This document shows positions 50,755 through 61,302 of a stretch of 64,000 bases of DNA, piece after piece. Below the pieces are notes generated by a model. It was given only the letters and a program-made list of their open reading frames with translations, did no database searches and was not told where the DNA came from. Source of the stretch: Candidatus Zhuqueibacterota bacterium (lineage in GTDB: Bacteria; Zhuqueibacterota; Zhuqueibacteria; Thermofontimicrobiales; Thermofontimicrobiaceae); contig JBMOPW010000036.1 of assembly GCA_049322915.1 (NCBI GenBank), positions 32,001 to 96,000 of the forward strand, written 5' to 3'. A program made the position numbers and the translations under genes. How positions within the stretch are numbered: the stretch's first letter is position 1; every line of letters starts with the position of its first letter.

Positions 50755-51029
50755 CAATTATGAAAAATAATTCATATGTTAACCAATTGATTTATATAAA
50801 ATGGGAAAAATGCGGCATGCAGAATATCGTAAAAAGTGTCGTATTTTAGTGACATGAAAGTTGTATTAATGCAACACATATGTTAAAATAGTAAAATCGC
50901 TTTTGAAAAAATTAAGAGTCAAATGCAACTACCATTCTATCAAATTAGACTAACATTTCTAATAGTACAAAAGCGAAAAAGGCTCGGATGGTCAGTTTGG
51001 TAGCTTATTATTGGGTACTTTTTTTCCCT

Positions 51030-52388
51030 TTATTTCAATTCCAATTCTTTCAACATCCGATGAAAACTGGAGCGATTGATCCCCAGCGCATTGGCGGTTT
51101 CGCTGATGTTGTTGCTGTACTTCTCCAGCGCGCGCTGAAAATATACCTTGCGGAAATCATTCAATAGCTCGTGCTTGGCGTCTTCGTACGGACGGTCGAA
51201 AAGCCATGCCGGATACGCAGCGTTATGGGAAGCATTGGGTAAGAATATCTCATCACCGCCGATGATCTCATTGTTCTGATGCATGACCGTCAATCGCTCG
51301 ATGAAATTTCTCAGCTCCCGAATATTGCCGGGCCAATGGAAGGAATGGATTTTCTTTAATGCAGCTTCGTCGAATTGCAGGGCCGGCCGCTTTGCAGCAT
51401 TGGCAAAATGTTTCAGGTAAATATCGGTCAAAATGGGGATGTCCTCGATGCGCTCGCGCAGCGGAGGAATAGTAATTGTAACCACATTGAGTCGGTAATA
51501 CAGATCCTCGCGAAATCGCTTTTGCGCGACCAGATCGATGAGCTTCTTATTGGTCGCGGCGATGATGCGCACCTGCACGCTGAGCGTTTCAGTCCCACCG
51601 AGCCGCAGGAAGGTTCGGTCTTCGATGGCGCGTAAAATTTTAGCCTGAGATTCAATCGGCAGTTCGCCAATTTCATCGAGAAAAATGGCGCCATTGTTCG
51701 CCAGTTCCAGCTTGCCTTTGGTCTGTTCGTGGGCGCCAGTGAAGGAGCCTTTTTCATGACCGAAGAATTCGCTTTCGAACAGTTGCGGCGATAATGAACT
51801 GCAATTCACCGCGACGAACGGATTGTCCTTTGATTTGCTGCGCCGATGAATTTCCCGAGCCGCGATCTCCTTGCCGACTCCGGATTCGCCTTCGATTAAA
51901 ACGGTCGCATTGGTTTGAGCCACTTTTTCAATGTCCCGGAGAACTTTTTTCATGGACGGCGCCTCAGCCACCATGGTATGGAATTCTCGTTCACATTGTT
52001 CTTTGTACAACATCTTCCAGGTCGTCTGCTCCATCTGCCGCTCGATGATCAGTTTGAGCGTTTCAATATTGGGCGATTTGGAGGTGTAATGCAATGCGCC
52101 CAGTTTCATGGCCTCGACGGCCGTGGCCACATCAGCAAAATCCGTAATCATAATGACCGGCAGATCCGGGTGCATTCCTTTGATCTGCTGAAGAATTTGC
52201 AGCCCATTCAAGCTGCGACCCAATTTTAAATCCAGCAAAACCACGTCCGGCAATCGGTTTTTCAGCGCGCGCAGGCCGTCCCGGCTATTGTGCGTGATGG
52301 TCAGGTTGAAATAATTATCAGAGAGAATTTTAAACGTCTCACAAAATTTGTAATCATCGTCGATGAGCAGGGCATTGAGTTTGGGCAT
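51030..52388 (-). CDS. sigma54-dependent response regulator (NtrC family)
   Basis: REC domain; GESGVGKE, ESEFFGHEKGSFTGA, FLDEIGE, FREDLYYRL, WPGNIREL, Fis-type HTH. Confidence 0.95.
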   Translation of the reverse strand: MPKLNALLIDDDYKFCETFKILSDNYFNLTITHNSRDGLRALKNRLPDVVLLDLKLGRSLNGLQILQQIKGMHPDLPVIMITDFADVATAVEAMKLGALHYTSKSPNIETLKLIIERQMEQTTWKMLYKEQCEREFHTMVAEAPSMKKVLRDIEKVAQTNATVLIEGESGVGKEIAAREIHRRSKSKDNPFVAVNCSSLSPQLFESEFFGHEKGSFTGAHEQTKGKLELANNGAIFLDEIGELPIESQAKILRAIEDRTFLRLGGTETLSVQVRIIAATNKKLIDLVAQKRFREDLYYRLNVVTITIPPLRERIEDIPILTDIYLKHFANAAKRPALQFDEAALKKIHSFHWPGNIRELRNFIERLTVMHQNNEIIGGDEIFLPNASHNAAYPAWLFDRPYEDAKHELLNDFRKVYFQRALEKYSNNISETANALGINRSSFHRMLKELELK

Positions 52389-52516
52389 TTTACCCCCCTT
52401 AAAATTAAATTGATAATCCGAGGCACAGAGGTCGTTGTTAGCCTTTCATTATTTATATTACTCAAATTTCTAAAATGGATTTTTATAATCAAATTTAGCT
52501 GTTAAATTTCTAAAGA

Positions 52517-52572
52517 CATGGAGTGAATTGACTGTGTCAATTCAAGCATCGACACAGTCGATGCACTCCATG
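52517..52572. repeat. REP-like long palindrome
   Basis: CATGGAGTG.ATTGACTGTGTC / GACACAGTCGAT.CACTCCATG. Confidence 0.7.
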
Positions 52573-52643
52573 CTAAAATAATATGTTATACGCTCATTTG
52601 ACATTTCATTTTAGAAATTCAGGAATTCTGTAAGTGAATATTC

Positions 52644-52995
52644 GTATCTGTTCAGCTACCCTGAATTATTCATGAACTTGCTCATAATTTGAGTCAACAT
52701 TCAGATTTTCAATTAGCTAAAGGCTAAGCTATTTTGAAACTCAGTTTTTATACGTTTATTCCAAAAAGAGCACCATTCAGGTTAGCCAGCCTCCTCTAAA
52801 AATACTATGAATAATGCAGGCTACCAAGTCACAAATGCGCAAGAAAAAATGTATCCAAAATATTCGATTCTGAAAAGCTGGACCAGGTTTAAAATTGAAT
52901 ATCGCATTAAAGAATTGAATTAAAAAAAAAGGACATCTTCCTGTAAATTCGTGACTTCGTGATTTCGCGGCGAGACTACTTGCCTGAATAGCAAC
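52644..52995. mobile_element. Degenerate GTAAC-family element carrying a nested MITE
   Basis: Ends GTATCTGTTCAG / CTGAATAGCAAC; flanks GAATATTC / GAAAATTC. Confidence 0.55.
52660..52820. mobile_element. 161-bp MITE, copy 2
   Basis: TIR CCTGAATTATTCAT / ATGAATAATGCAGG; 4-bp duplication CTAC. Confidence 0.9.
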
Positions 52996-53145
52996 GAAAA
53001 TTCTTTTTAACCCGGAACCGGGAACCTTTAACCTGGAATCTGAGCAGTTTCGTACAGTGGATAAATCGGGTCGAACTGTTTGGGAACAAAACAGTAGCAG
53101 CACAATTTCATTCCACCATGGGCGCTGCAGGAGATCGTCGATATG

Positions 53146-56100
53146 CTACAACCGCCTCAGCCTGATTAAAAACGTGGCGCCCCTGTTTTTGCCGCTCCGG
53201 GCGATTTGTATTTTTCCACCATATTTTTCAACCGTCTTCTTCGAATAGAAAAGACCAAATCCACTGGATCGTTCGGCTTTGGTTGTAAAACCTTCCTCGA
53301 AAATAGTCTCATGCATTTTCGAGGGTATGCCGACGCCATTATCTGTGATTTCAACGAAGAAGTACTGATCGGTTTGGTAATGGCCAATCTGAATGTGAGG
53401 TTCCGGCACATCGAGTGTCGCGCGAATGGCATTGTGGACCAGGTTTTCGAATATTGGAGCCAGTTCGCCGGGCTTGATACAGACATTCATTTCTGCGCCC
53501 GGCGGTATGGGTGGATTCAATTCGATGAACTGTTTTTCCTGATCGTGTAAGTCGACCACTAAATCGCGCAGCAGCTCGTAGGCGTTACACGAAAAAAAGC
53601 TGACAACGCTGCTGTTGATGTCCCTGATGTTGACGCGAATCTGGTCAGTGAGGCGATAGACATTGTTCCAGATTTCTCCGGTCATACCTTTTTTCATCGC
53701 CAGTGCGATTTTTATTTTATTCAAATTTTCAGACAGGAATAGTAACTGTCGGTTGAGCTCCTCGCCCTGATGCTGCTTGATTTGTGTTTCACTCGCTATA
53801 TGAGCAATGTGCTCGATTTCTTTGTATACCAGGTGGTAAAATCCATTGATGGTTTCAGTGAGTTTCTGACTGGCATTATCGCCGATCGTTTCATTCGGTG
53901 GAATGTTCACGCTGAACAACTGGAGTTGATTTAAGAAAGCAGCAGCCCAACTGCCATGGTCAAATATGCGACAACTCAGCAGGAGTTCCTCTGCCAGACG
54001 TTCCTGATTTGTTTTCAATGTCATCTTTTTTTCGATAAAAATAAATCCCATAAAAACAATAAGCGACAGAGCCGTCGGCAGGATATGGGCTTCGAAGGGA
54101 TTCTTCTCGCGCATGAGCAACGAAATGAGCAGGTAAATAAACAGTGGGAATAAGACAGCATATTTATTGAGCCGGCGTTCGGACATGCGCTGGTGAACCA
54201 GGTATTTTAGCGTCAGGATGAAAACAGCGATTAATATAATAAGGATCAGGCCTATGTTCTGGTACGTCCTGGCTTTGGCGTAACGCAGTGCTGCCCGTTT
54301 ATGAAGCGTCAGCCACTTGCTGAATCCGTTTTGTTCCTCAAGGATCAAGTTCTGTCCGGGGGACAGGTTGGTTCGCGTGATAACGATACCGCTGGGAAAC
54401 CGGATTTTCAGGTCGAACAGACCGGCGGCGTCAGCGCCGAAATGAATCGTGGTCGAATTCATGCAGCCGTAGCCGTAGCCTCCATTCACTTCCCGCATGC
54501 CCAGCAAATGTTCGTGTTCATCGAGGTGACCGGCGCGATATATGTACGCCCTGGCGCCGATGGCGTCCCGATTGCTTTTTGTGCCGATGAGTTTTATCCT
54601 GATAAAACATGCATTGTTCAACTGATTGACGTAATAAGTACTTGGAACATCGTTCCGGGCCACGTACAGATCAATATCGCCATCATTGTCCGGATCTCCA
54701 CAGGCCACTCCGTTTGAATAGCAGTATTGCTTTATTTTGAATGTCTCGCTATCGCGAACAAATGTTTTATTGCCGCGATTTTTAAAGAAGAGATTCATTC
54801 CGCGATTGGTAAGAAACAGGTCGAGATGACCATCATTATCCGCATCGAAGAAACAGGCGCTGCTGGTGCGGCTGGAGTCCAGCAGTCCGGCGGATTCGGT
54901 GATGTCGGTGAATCGGCCGGCGCCATCATTTTCATAGAGGCGATTGGTCAACCCCATGTTGCACACGTAAAGATCCAGATCGCCGTCGTTGTCGAAATCG
55001 GCGAATGCAGCGGAACTGCTCTTAGCCAGAGAATCCGGCTCCGGGGGAAGCCATTCCGCGGTCATCTCTCTGAAAAAGGGTATATGGTGATTGGAGCGAG
55101 TACCTTCATTGCGATAAATCCGATTCCGAACGCCGTAGCAGGGAACCATCAAATCCAGATCGCCATCATTATCCACATCGCCAAACGTAGCGCCTTTGCC
55201 GCTTCGCTGTGTGGTCAAGCCGGCCTCATGGGTGACTTCTCTGAATTTTCCAAAGCCATTATTGAGGTACAACATGTTGGTTGTATCTTCATTGGTCACA
55301 AATAAATCGACATCGCCATCATTGTCCACGTCGCCCCAGACGCCGACTTGCGAGCGGGTATGCTCGCTGAGGACGCCTGCTTCAGCGGCAATATCTCTGA
55401 AAGTCCTGTTGGAGAGATTTTCATACAGGAAATTTGGCGCGTACATACTGGCGATGTACAAATCCCGATCACCGTCATTGTCCATATCAACAATTGTAAC
55501 TCCCATGTCGAAAACTACATCGCCCTCTTTTGAGCGGGTTGTCCCAAGCAGATTCAGATGCTCAGCGCCATCAATAAAATCAAACCAGTGCTTGAATTTT
55601 ATGTGGCGATTCCCATTGAACAGGAGGAGATGATTTTTGCCAGCAGTGTTGATGGCATAGACATCATCATCGTTGTCGCCATCGATATCGCCCATAGCGA
55701 CGCCATATTCATCTGTACCTCCGACGAAGGGACTCACTTGATATTGTGATCTGGACCGGGCTGGTTCTTTAACCTTCCGATGCACGTATGTTACGGCGCC
55801 ATCCGATGTGAACAGCAACACGTTCGACTGAAATTTATTATCTTTGTTCATTGGCCAGAGGATCTCGCGCCGATTATCCGGGAGTGCGACTAATGCAGCA
55901 TTCCGATCTACTAAAGTTATGCCCCCACGATGGACAGGTAATGACGTTTCCAAATCTGGAAAAATAACTTCAAGGGTATCCTTGACAAACGCTGTAATTG
56001 GCATTCTCTCACATGTATCGCATCTTATTCTGATGATGAGTGAGTCATCGGTAGTCAGTCCCCAGGCTAAAGTGTCGTTTATCATGAAGAGATGAGGAAG

Positions 56101-56724
56101 AGACCCTGTGTGCTGCATGTTAACCTGCCATCGTTCACCATCCCAATGGAGTAAAGTGGCATTGTCTCGATATTTGCAAATAGCCCAGCCGCAATTTGGA
56201 TTCAACATGCAGAGGCTGACCACATGTCCGAAGGTGGGACAGGGAACCAAATGCCACTGCGATCCGTCGAAGTGAATAATTTCGCCCCACTGGCAACCGG
56301 CCCAGATATTCTCGGGCGATACAAAAGCAATTTGTGAAATCGGATCTGTGTTGGGAGTAGGATAATCGGTGATGATGCCGTTTCGTTCATGCCGGATGAA
56401 ATAGGAGTACTTTTTTTCATCATAACAGGTGAACCAGGTTTCATCCGCGGAGAGAGGCAGCGCCGAAAAGATGGCCAAGCCATTCTGGGCAGTGACAACT
56501 TCCCACAAACCATTTACAAACTGATAGGGGCGAGGGTTGCGACCCGTCTCCTGGAACAGCCAGCCATTTGCCGAATCGATAAAAGCGGCATAAGGTGAAT
56601 AGCTCTGAAAGGGAATCCGGACGAATGTCCAATCTTCTAATCCCTGCTGATGACCGCTGCCGGCTAATGCGAAATTCACCAGTAATAGCAGGAAACCAAA
56701 TGTCAGAACGATTTTTCCCCGCAA
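53146..56724 (-). CDS. Sensor histidine kinase with FG-GAP/VCBS propeller and ASPIC-UnbV (CRTAC1-like) ectodomain
   Basis: Signal peptide; seven DxDxDGDxDL-type repeats; SNRDAIGAR...HFG; three TM helices; NLVHNA, DNGVGI, GFTTK, GFGL. Confidence 0.88.
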   Translation of the reverse strand: MRGKIVLTFGFLLLLVNFALAGSGHQQGLEDWTFVRIPFQSYSPYAAFIDSANGWLFQETGRNPRPYQFVNGLWEVVTAQNGLAIFSALPLSADETWFTCYDEKKYSYFIRHERNGIITDYPTPNTDPISQIAFVSPENIWAGCQWGEIIHFDGSQWHLVPCPTFGHVVSLCMLNPNCGWAICKYRDNATLLHWDGERWQVNMQHTGSLPHLFMINDTLAWGLTTDDSLIIRIRCDTCERMPITAFVKDTLEVIFPDLETSLPVHRGGITLVDRNAALVALPDNRREILWPMNKDNKFQSNVLLFTSDGAVTYVHRKVKEPARSRSQYQVSPFVGGTDEYGVAMGDIDGDNDDDVYAINTAGKNHLLLFNGNRHIKFKHWFDFIDGAEHLNLLGTTRSKEGDVVFDMGVTIVDMDNDGDRDLYIASMYAPNFLYENLSNRTFRDIAAEAGVLSEHTRSQVGVWGDVDNDGDVDLFVTNEDTTNMLYLNNGFGKFREVTHEAGLTTQRSGKGATFGDVDNDGDLDLMVPCYGVRNRIYRNEGTRSNHHIPFFREMTAEWLPPEPDSLAKSSSAAFADFDNDGDLDLYVCNMGLTNRLYENDGAGRFTDITESAGLLDSSRTSSACFFDADNDGHLDLFLTNRGMNLFFKNRGNKTFVRDSETFKIKQYCYSNGVACGDPDNDGDIDLYVARNDVPSTYYVNQLNNACFIRIKLIGTKSNRDAIGARAYIYRAGHLDEHEHLLGMREVNGGYGYGCMNSTTIHFGADAAGLFDLKIRFPSGIVITRTNLSPGQNLILEEQNGFSKWLTLHKRAALRYAKARTYQNIGLILIILIAVFILTLKYLVHQRMSERRLNKYAVLFPLFIYLLISLLMREKNPFEAHILPTALSLIVFMGFIFIEKKMTLKTNQERLAEELLLSCRIFDHGSWAAAFLNQLQLFSVNIPPNETIGDNASQKLTETINGFYHLVYKEIEHIAHIASETQIKQHQGEELNRQLLFLSENLNKIKIALAMKKGMTGEIWNNVYRLTDQIRVNIRDINSSVVSFFSCNAYELLRDLVVDLHDQEKQFIELNPPIPPGAEMNVCIKPGELAPIFENLVHNAIRATLDVPEPHIQIGHYQTDQYFFVEITDNGVGIPSKMHETIFEEGFTTKAERSSGFGLFYSKKTVEKYGGKIQIARSGKNRGATFLIRLRRL

Positions 56725-57166
56725 GAAAAAAACCTGAATTTTAGTTGAATGACATGTTTTATCTTTGGAAGAAAATGAGGCGAGTATCGATAATTTTTAC
56801 GATACTGAATTTAGAATTCTCTATAATGAAAAGCAAGGAAAATTTTAATATTTTGCAACTTATATTTAAAGAATGAATTTCGTAAAAAGACCAAAATGAA
56901 ATGACACGAGATGAGCTGCTCATGGTTAATCCGGTCGGGAATTCGTTGTGTATTCTGAGAACATCGGTGGCGATTCATGATGACGCATTGCATTCGGATT
57001 GATCGGATGAAATGGGGTCATCTGATTGACTGATGATGCAGAAGGTGGCGCATAGTGATTGCGCACGTTACACAAAAGGTTGTGTGACGATGTGCGGCGC
57101 GCAGATAGCAGCAGGGCGGCAGCCGTGTTCAGCGCGTGTTTCCCCTGATGATGGTCAAAATAGTTC

Positions 57167-57195
57167 TTGACAAATATTAAAAAAATGTTTATAAT
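57167..57195 (+). promoter_or_regulatory. Consensus sigma70 promoter
   Basis: TTGACA-N17-TATAAT. Confidence 0.8.
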
Positions 57196-57287
57196 AAACC
57201 TTCCTATTTTCCACGTAGAGCGCTGAGTTTGTCGGCTTAAGCTTGTCTAAATGAAATGACCATTCATTTAACGAAAAGATAGCACTT

Positions 57288-57665
57288 ATGACTCTTGGCG
57301 AGATCAAAGAGATTCTGCACGCTGAGTTATTAACCGACAATGTCGACCTTTCACGTACTGTTCAATCTGCCTGCGCCTCGGACATGATGAGTGATGTGCT
57401 TGCCTTCACCGAATCGAACGCTCTTCTTCTCACAGGATTGATGAATCCACAAACCATTCGTACCTGCGAAATTGCTGAAGCCAGCGCCATTGTTTTTGTA
57501 CGCGGCAAACGACCGACCCCGACGCTGATCGCTCTCGCCAATGAAAAAGGGATCCCGCTTCTCAGAACTGATTTTTGCATGTACGATGCGTGCGGACGGT
57601 TGCACGAGCAAGGGTTATGTGGTGTCACCGAAAAAGTGAAGAAACTCCTGGTTGAACATGGCTGA
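57288..57665 (+). CDS. DRTGG domain protein
   Basis: ASDMMSDVLA, LLLTGL, IVFVRGK. Confidence 0.85.
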   Translation: MTLGEIKEILHAELLTDNVDLSRTVQSACASDMMSDVLAFTESNALLLTGLMNPQTIRTCEIAEASAIVFVRGKRPTPTLIALANEKGIPLLRTDFCMYDACGRLHEQGLCGVTEKVKKLLVEHG

Positions 57666-58086
57666 AAATGAAACGTTTGTTCAGTCCTATCAGATTGTGG
57701 GATGGGATTTTACACGGGCTGGAGAAGCTTCCTGCGAAATCAAAACGCTGCTGAAAGAAATTGGCACACCCCAGGAGATCATTCGACGCATTGCTATTGC
57801 AACGTATGAAGCAGAGATGAATGTGGTGATGTATGCCAAACGCGGGACGATTCGATGTGAAATCAGTCCGAACATGATACGCATTGTGTTGGAAGATGAG
57901 GGGCCTGGTATCGCGGATATCAATCAGGCGATGCAGGATGGCTTTTCCACAGCATCCCCGGAGATACGCGAAATGGGTTTTGGCGCCGGAATGGGACTTC
58001 CGAATATCAAGCGAAATTCGGATGACTTTCAAATTGCCTCTGAGGTTGGAATCGGTACGAAGTTAGAAATGAAGTTTTTTCTATAA
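57658..58086 (+). CDS. RsbT/RsbW-like anti-sigma Ser/Thr kinase
   Basis: IAIATYEAEMN, DEGPGI, GFST, GFGAGMGLPN. Confidence 0.9.
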   Translation: MAENETFVQSYQIVGWDFTRAGEASCEIKTLLKEIGTPQEIIRRIAIATYEAEMNVVMYAKRGTIRCEISPNMIRIVLEDEGPGIADINQAMQDGFSTASPEIREMGFGAGMGLPNIKRNSDDFQIASEVGIGTKLEMKFFL

Positions 58087-58117
58087 ATTCAGTCGGTGCA
58101 GGAGATAAAAATCTACC

Positions 58118-59371
58118 ATGCAAACAAGGCTCCATTCCATACGCTTCATTGAAGAGAAATGCATTGGCTGTGTAACCTGCATTCGGGCATGCCCCACCAA
58201 AGCCATTCGGGTCATTCACAATAAAGCCAGAGTCAACAGCGATCGTTGCATCGATTGCGGCGAATGCTACCGCGTTTGCCCCCATGAGGCCATTGTCTCG
58301 GTCACCACGCCGCCCGCCGATTTGAAAGATTTTGAATGCACCATTGCTTTGCCTTCGCCCGTCATTTACAGTCAGTTTGACCACGATATCATGCCCAACC
58401 AGATTCTATTAGCCCTGAAACAATTCGGTTTTGACTATGTATTCGACGAGGCCTGGGATTGCGATCTGATGGCTGAAGCGCTGCAGGAATACCTCGATAC
58501 CACGAGTGGGCCATTCCCGAAAATTTCCATCACCTGCCCGGTTGTGGTGCGCCTGATTGCCAGGCTCTATCCCAATCTCATCAGCCACCTTGTCAAAATG
58601 GAGATCCCGCGCGAGTCCGCCGCAAAAAAAGTCAGAGAGAAAGCGGCGCAAACCCGGGGGATCCCGCCGGACAGGGTCGGCGTTTTCCACATCACACCCT
58701 GCCCGGCGAAGATGATTTCAATCAATTCGCCTGTGGGGACGGACAAATCCAATCTCAATGGCGCCATTGCCATCCGCGATATCTACGGCCCGCTGCTCAA
58801 TATTCTCAAGCATATCGAAGAGAACGAAATTCTACAACTCTCCAGTGGCGTCGGCATTGCCTGGGCTATAAGCGGCGGCGAAATCATGGGGATACGTCAG
58901 GATAACTGTCTGGCCGTGTCCGGTGTGCAGGATGTCATTCAGGCGCTCAACGACGTCGAAGCCGGTAAATTCAAGGACACGCTTTTATTAGAATGCCTGA
59001 TCTGCCCGGATGGCTGCATTGGCGGCCCGCAGACCGTCCAGAACAGGCATATTGCACGGCGTCGCGTTCGAATGCTCATTAAGATGTTTGGCGATCGCAC
59101 CCGCGTCAGTCGGGATATGATGCTGCGGCTTTACCACCTGGGCTATTTCGCGCTCAAAAAGGAAATCACTGCCATGCCGTTCCCGCCGTTGGACCCGGAC
59201 AGGAAAAAAGCAATTCAAAAGGCGAAGCAGCGGGAGGAAATTTTAAAAACATTGCCCGGGAAAAATTGTTCGGCGTGCGGCGCGCCGGACTGCCGCGCGT
59301 TCGCTCAGGATGTGGTCATAGGCGAACGAACCATCGATGAATGCGTCTTTTTACAAAAAGACCAATCGTAA
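58118..59371 (+). CDS. [FeFe]-hydrogenase-like Fe-S protein (putative regulatory, group C/D type)
   Basis: Two ferredoxin motifs; ISITCP, ITPCPAK, ECLICPDGCIGG; C-terminal CSACGAPDC...C. Confidence 0.85.
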   Translation: MQTRLHSIRFIEEKCIGCVTCIRACPTKAIRVIHNKARVNSDRCIDCGECYRVCPHEAIVSVTTPPADLKDFECTIALPSPVIYSQFDHDIMPNQILLALKQFGFDYVFDEAWDCDLMAEALQEYLDTTSGPFPKISITCPVVVRLIARLYPNLISHLVKMEIPRESAAKKVREKAAQTRGIPPDRVGVFHITPCPAKMISINSPVGTDKSNLNGAIAIRDIYGPLLNILKHIEENEILQLSSGVGIAWAISGGEIMGIRQDNCLAVSGVQDVIQALNDVEAGKFKDTLLLECLICPDGCIGGPQTVQNRHIARRRVRMLIKMFGDRTRVSRDMMLRLYHLGYFALKKEITAMPFPPLDPDRKKAIQKAKQREEILKTLPGKNCSACGAPDCRAFAQDVVIGERTIDECVFLQKDQS

Positions 59372-59519
59372 ATTCGAGTGATCAGGTTCCTATTTCAGTG
59401 CATTGATTTTTGTTTGATTCTGATTCCAGTCCCTGTCAACGATCCGAAGATAAAAATTCCATCGCCTGGTTTTGACCCGGCGGATCGGTCGGAGAAAATT
59501 AATGTGAATCGAGACCATC

Positions 59520-59864
59520 ATGAAACTAAACCAGATTGTTGAAAAACTTAAGTTAACCGTCGCGACGAAAACGTCCGATTTGAACGTGGACGTCACCGGG
59601 GGATATGTCAGCGATTTGCTCAGCGACGTCATGGCTCACGCCCGGAAAGGGAATATCTGGATCACGCTGCAAATCCATCAGAACACGGTGGCCGTGGCAA
59701 CACTCAAAGATTTGGCCGGCATTGTGCTCATTCACGGCAAAATCCCGGCTCAGGAGACGATTCAGAAAGCCGAGCAGGAGAATGTCCCCATTCTCATCAG
59801 CGATCAGCCGGCATTTGAGGTGATCTGCGGACTGTGCAAAATGGGAATCACGGGCGGAAAATAA
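59520..59864 (+). CDS. DRTGG domain protein
   Basis: GGYVSDLLSDVMA, WITLQ.H.N.VAVA. Confidence 0.85.
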   Translation: MKLNQIVEKLKLTVATKTSDLNVDVTGGYVSDLLSDVMAHARKGNIWITLQIHQNTVAVATLKDLAGIVLIHGKIPAQETIQKAEQENVPILISDQPAFEVICGLCKMGITGGK

Positions 59865-60625
59865 TGCTGCGCCATTTCTTAGCTGATTGTCACATTCATA
59901 CGTGCCTGTCGCCCTGCGGTGATCTGGATATGTCGCCGCAGCACATTGTGAAAAGGAGTCTCGAATTAGGGCTGCACATCATCGCCATTACCGATCACAA
60001 TGCTTCTGAAAATATTGCCGCGGTTCAGGAAGCAGCCGATTCCACCCATCTGATTGTGCTGGCCGGGATGGAAGTGACTTCCGAGGAAGAAGCGCATCTG
60101 CTCGCTCTGTTCGATGATCCCGAATCCATGCGGCAATTTCAAAGCCGGGTGTACCAGGCATTGCCCTGTTTCGGTCTCGACGCTGGCACATTGGAAAATC
60201 AGGTCATTGCCAATGCCCGGGATGAGGTGGAGGGATTCAATGACCATCTTTTACTGGCTGCGACGTCTTTGACTTTTCAGCAACTGGTGCGCGACGTTCA
60301 CGAATTGAACGGGCTGGCTATTGCGTCGCATGTGGATAAAGAGAGCTTCAGCATCATCGCGCAGTTGGGCTTCATCCCGCCGGACGTCGAACTGGATGGA
60401 CTGGAAATATCGCCGTTCACATCGCTGGAGCAGGCGCGCGACCAATTCCCGGACGCCAATCGTTACCCGTTGGTGAAGTTTTCTGATGCGCATTATCTCG
60501 AAAATCTCGGGATGCAAACGACAGAATTTTTCATTGAACACCCCACCGTCGCTGAAATCCGCATGGCGTTACGCCGGGAACAGGGACGGGATTATCGTGT
60601 CCGGGAATCACCGCTGACTGCCTGA
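59864..60625 (+). CDS. PHP-domain phosphoesterase
   Basis: DCHIHTCLSPC, ITDHN, GMEV, SHVD, SDAH; TAATG translational coupling. Confidence 0.9.
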   Translation: MLRHFLADCHIHTCLSPCGDLDMSPQHIVKRSLELGLHIIAITDHNASENIAAVQEAADSTHLIVLAGMEVTSEEEAHLLALFDDPESMRQFQSRVYQALPCFGLDAGTLENQVIANARDEVEGFNDHLLLAATSLTFQQLVRDVHELNGLAIASHVDKESFSIIAQLGFIPPDVELDGLEISPFTSLEQARDQFPDANRYPLVKFSDAHYLENLGMQTTEFFIEHPTVAEIRMALRREQGRDYRVRESPLTA

Positions 60626-60750
60626 ACCTGAATTTGACGCTGGCAAAAAACGTCGGATTGAGATCTGTGATTGTCCCCGGGGAGCGGGTCAACCCGATCG
60701 ACGCGAAGGAAACCCGGCCGAGAACAGTTGACCCATTACCGGAAGCATGC

Positions 60751-61302
60751 GTGGAAGACCTGTCATTACATATTCTCGATATCGCCGAAAATGCGCTGAA
60801 GGCCGGCGCAACGAAAATCGAGATTCGGATCAGCGAAGACGTGCAGCGGGATTGGCTGCGGATACGGATCATTGATAATGGGTCCGGCATGGATGAAGCC
60901 ATGGCGCGGAAAGTGATCGATCCGTTTGTGACGACGCGGACAGAGCGGCGCGTCGGATTGGGCTTGCCCTTGCTTGCCGAAGCGAGTCGGAGTTGCGGCG
61001 GTGAAGTGAAGATTCGCTCGCGGCCGGGGATCAAAACGCGGGTCGACGCATCGTTCGTGCACAGCCATATCGACCGAAAACCGCTGGGTGATCTGGCCAA
61101 CACGTTGATCATGCTGATCGTGGGAAATCCTGAAATTAATTTTTTCTACTATCATCGGAGGGATGCAAAAAGCTATTGTCTGGACACCAGCGAACTGCGC
61201 CGCACTCTGGATGAAATACCACTCAGTCACCCGGACGTCGTAACGCTCATTCGAAAAAATATCCAGGAGGGGCTGGAAGAAATGGGAGTGGTTCTCTGGT
61301 AG
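60751..61302 (+). CDS. Stand-alone HATPase kinase-like protein
   Basis: EDLSLHILDIAEN, DNGSGM, DPFVTTR..RRVGLGL, HIDRKPLGD; GTG start inferred. Confidence 0.85.
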   Translation: MEDLSLHILDIAENALKAGATKIEIRISEDVQRDWLRIRIIDNGSGMDEAMARKVIDPFVTTRTERRVGLGLPLLAEASRSCGGEVKIRSRPGIKTRVDASFVHSHIDRKPLGDLANTLIMLIVGNPEINFFYYHRRDAKSYCLDTSELRRTLDEIPLSHPDVVTLIRKNIQEGLEEMGVVLW

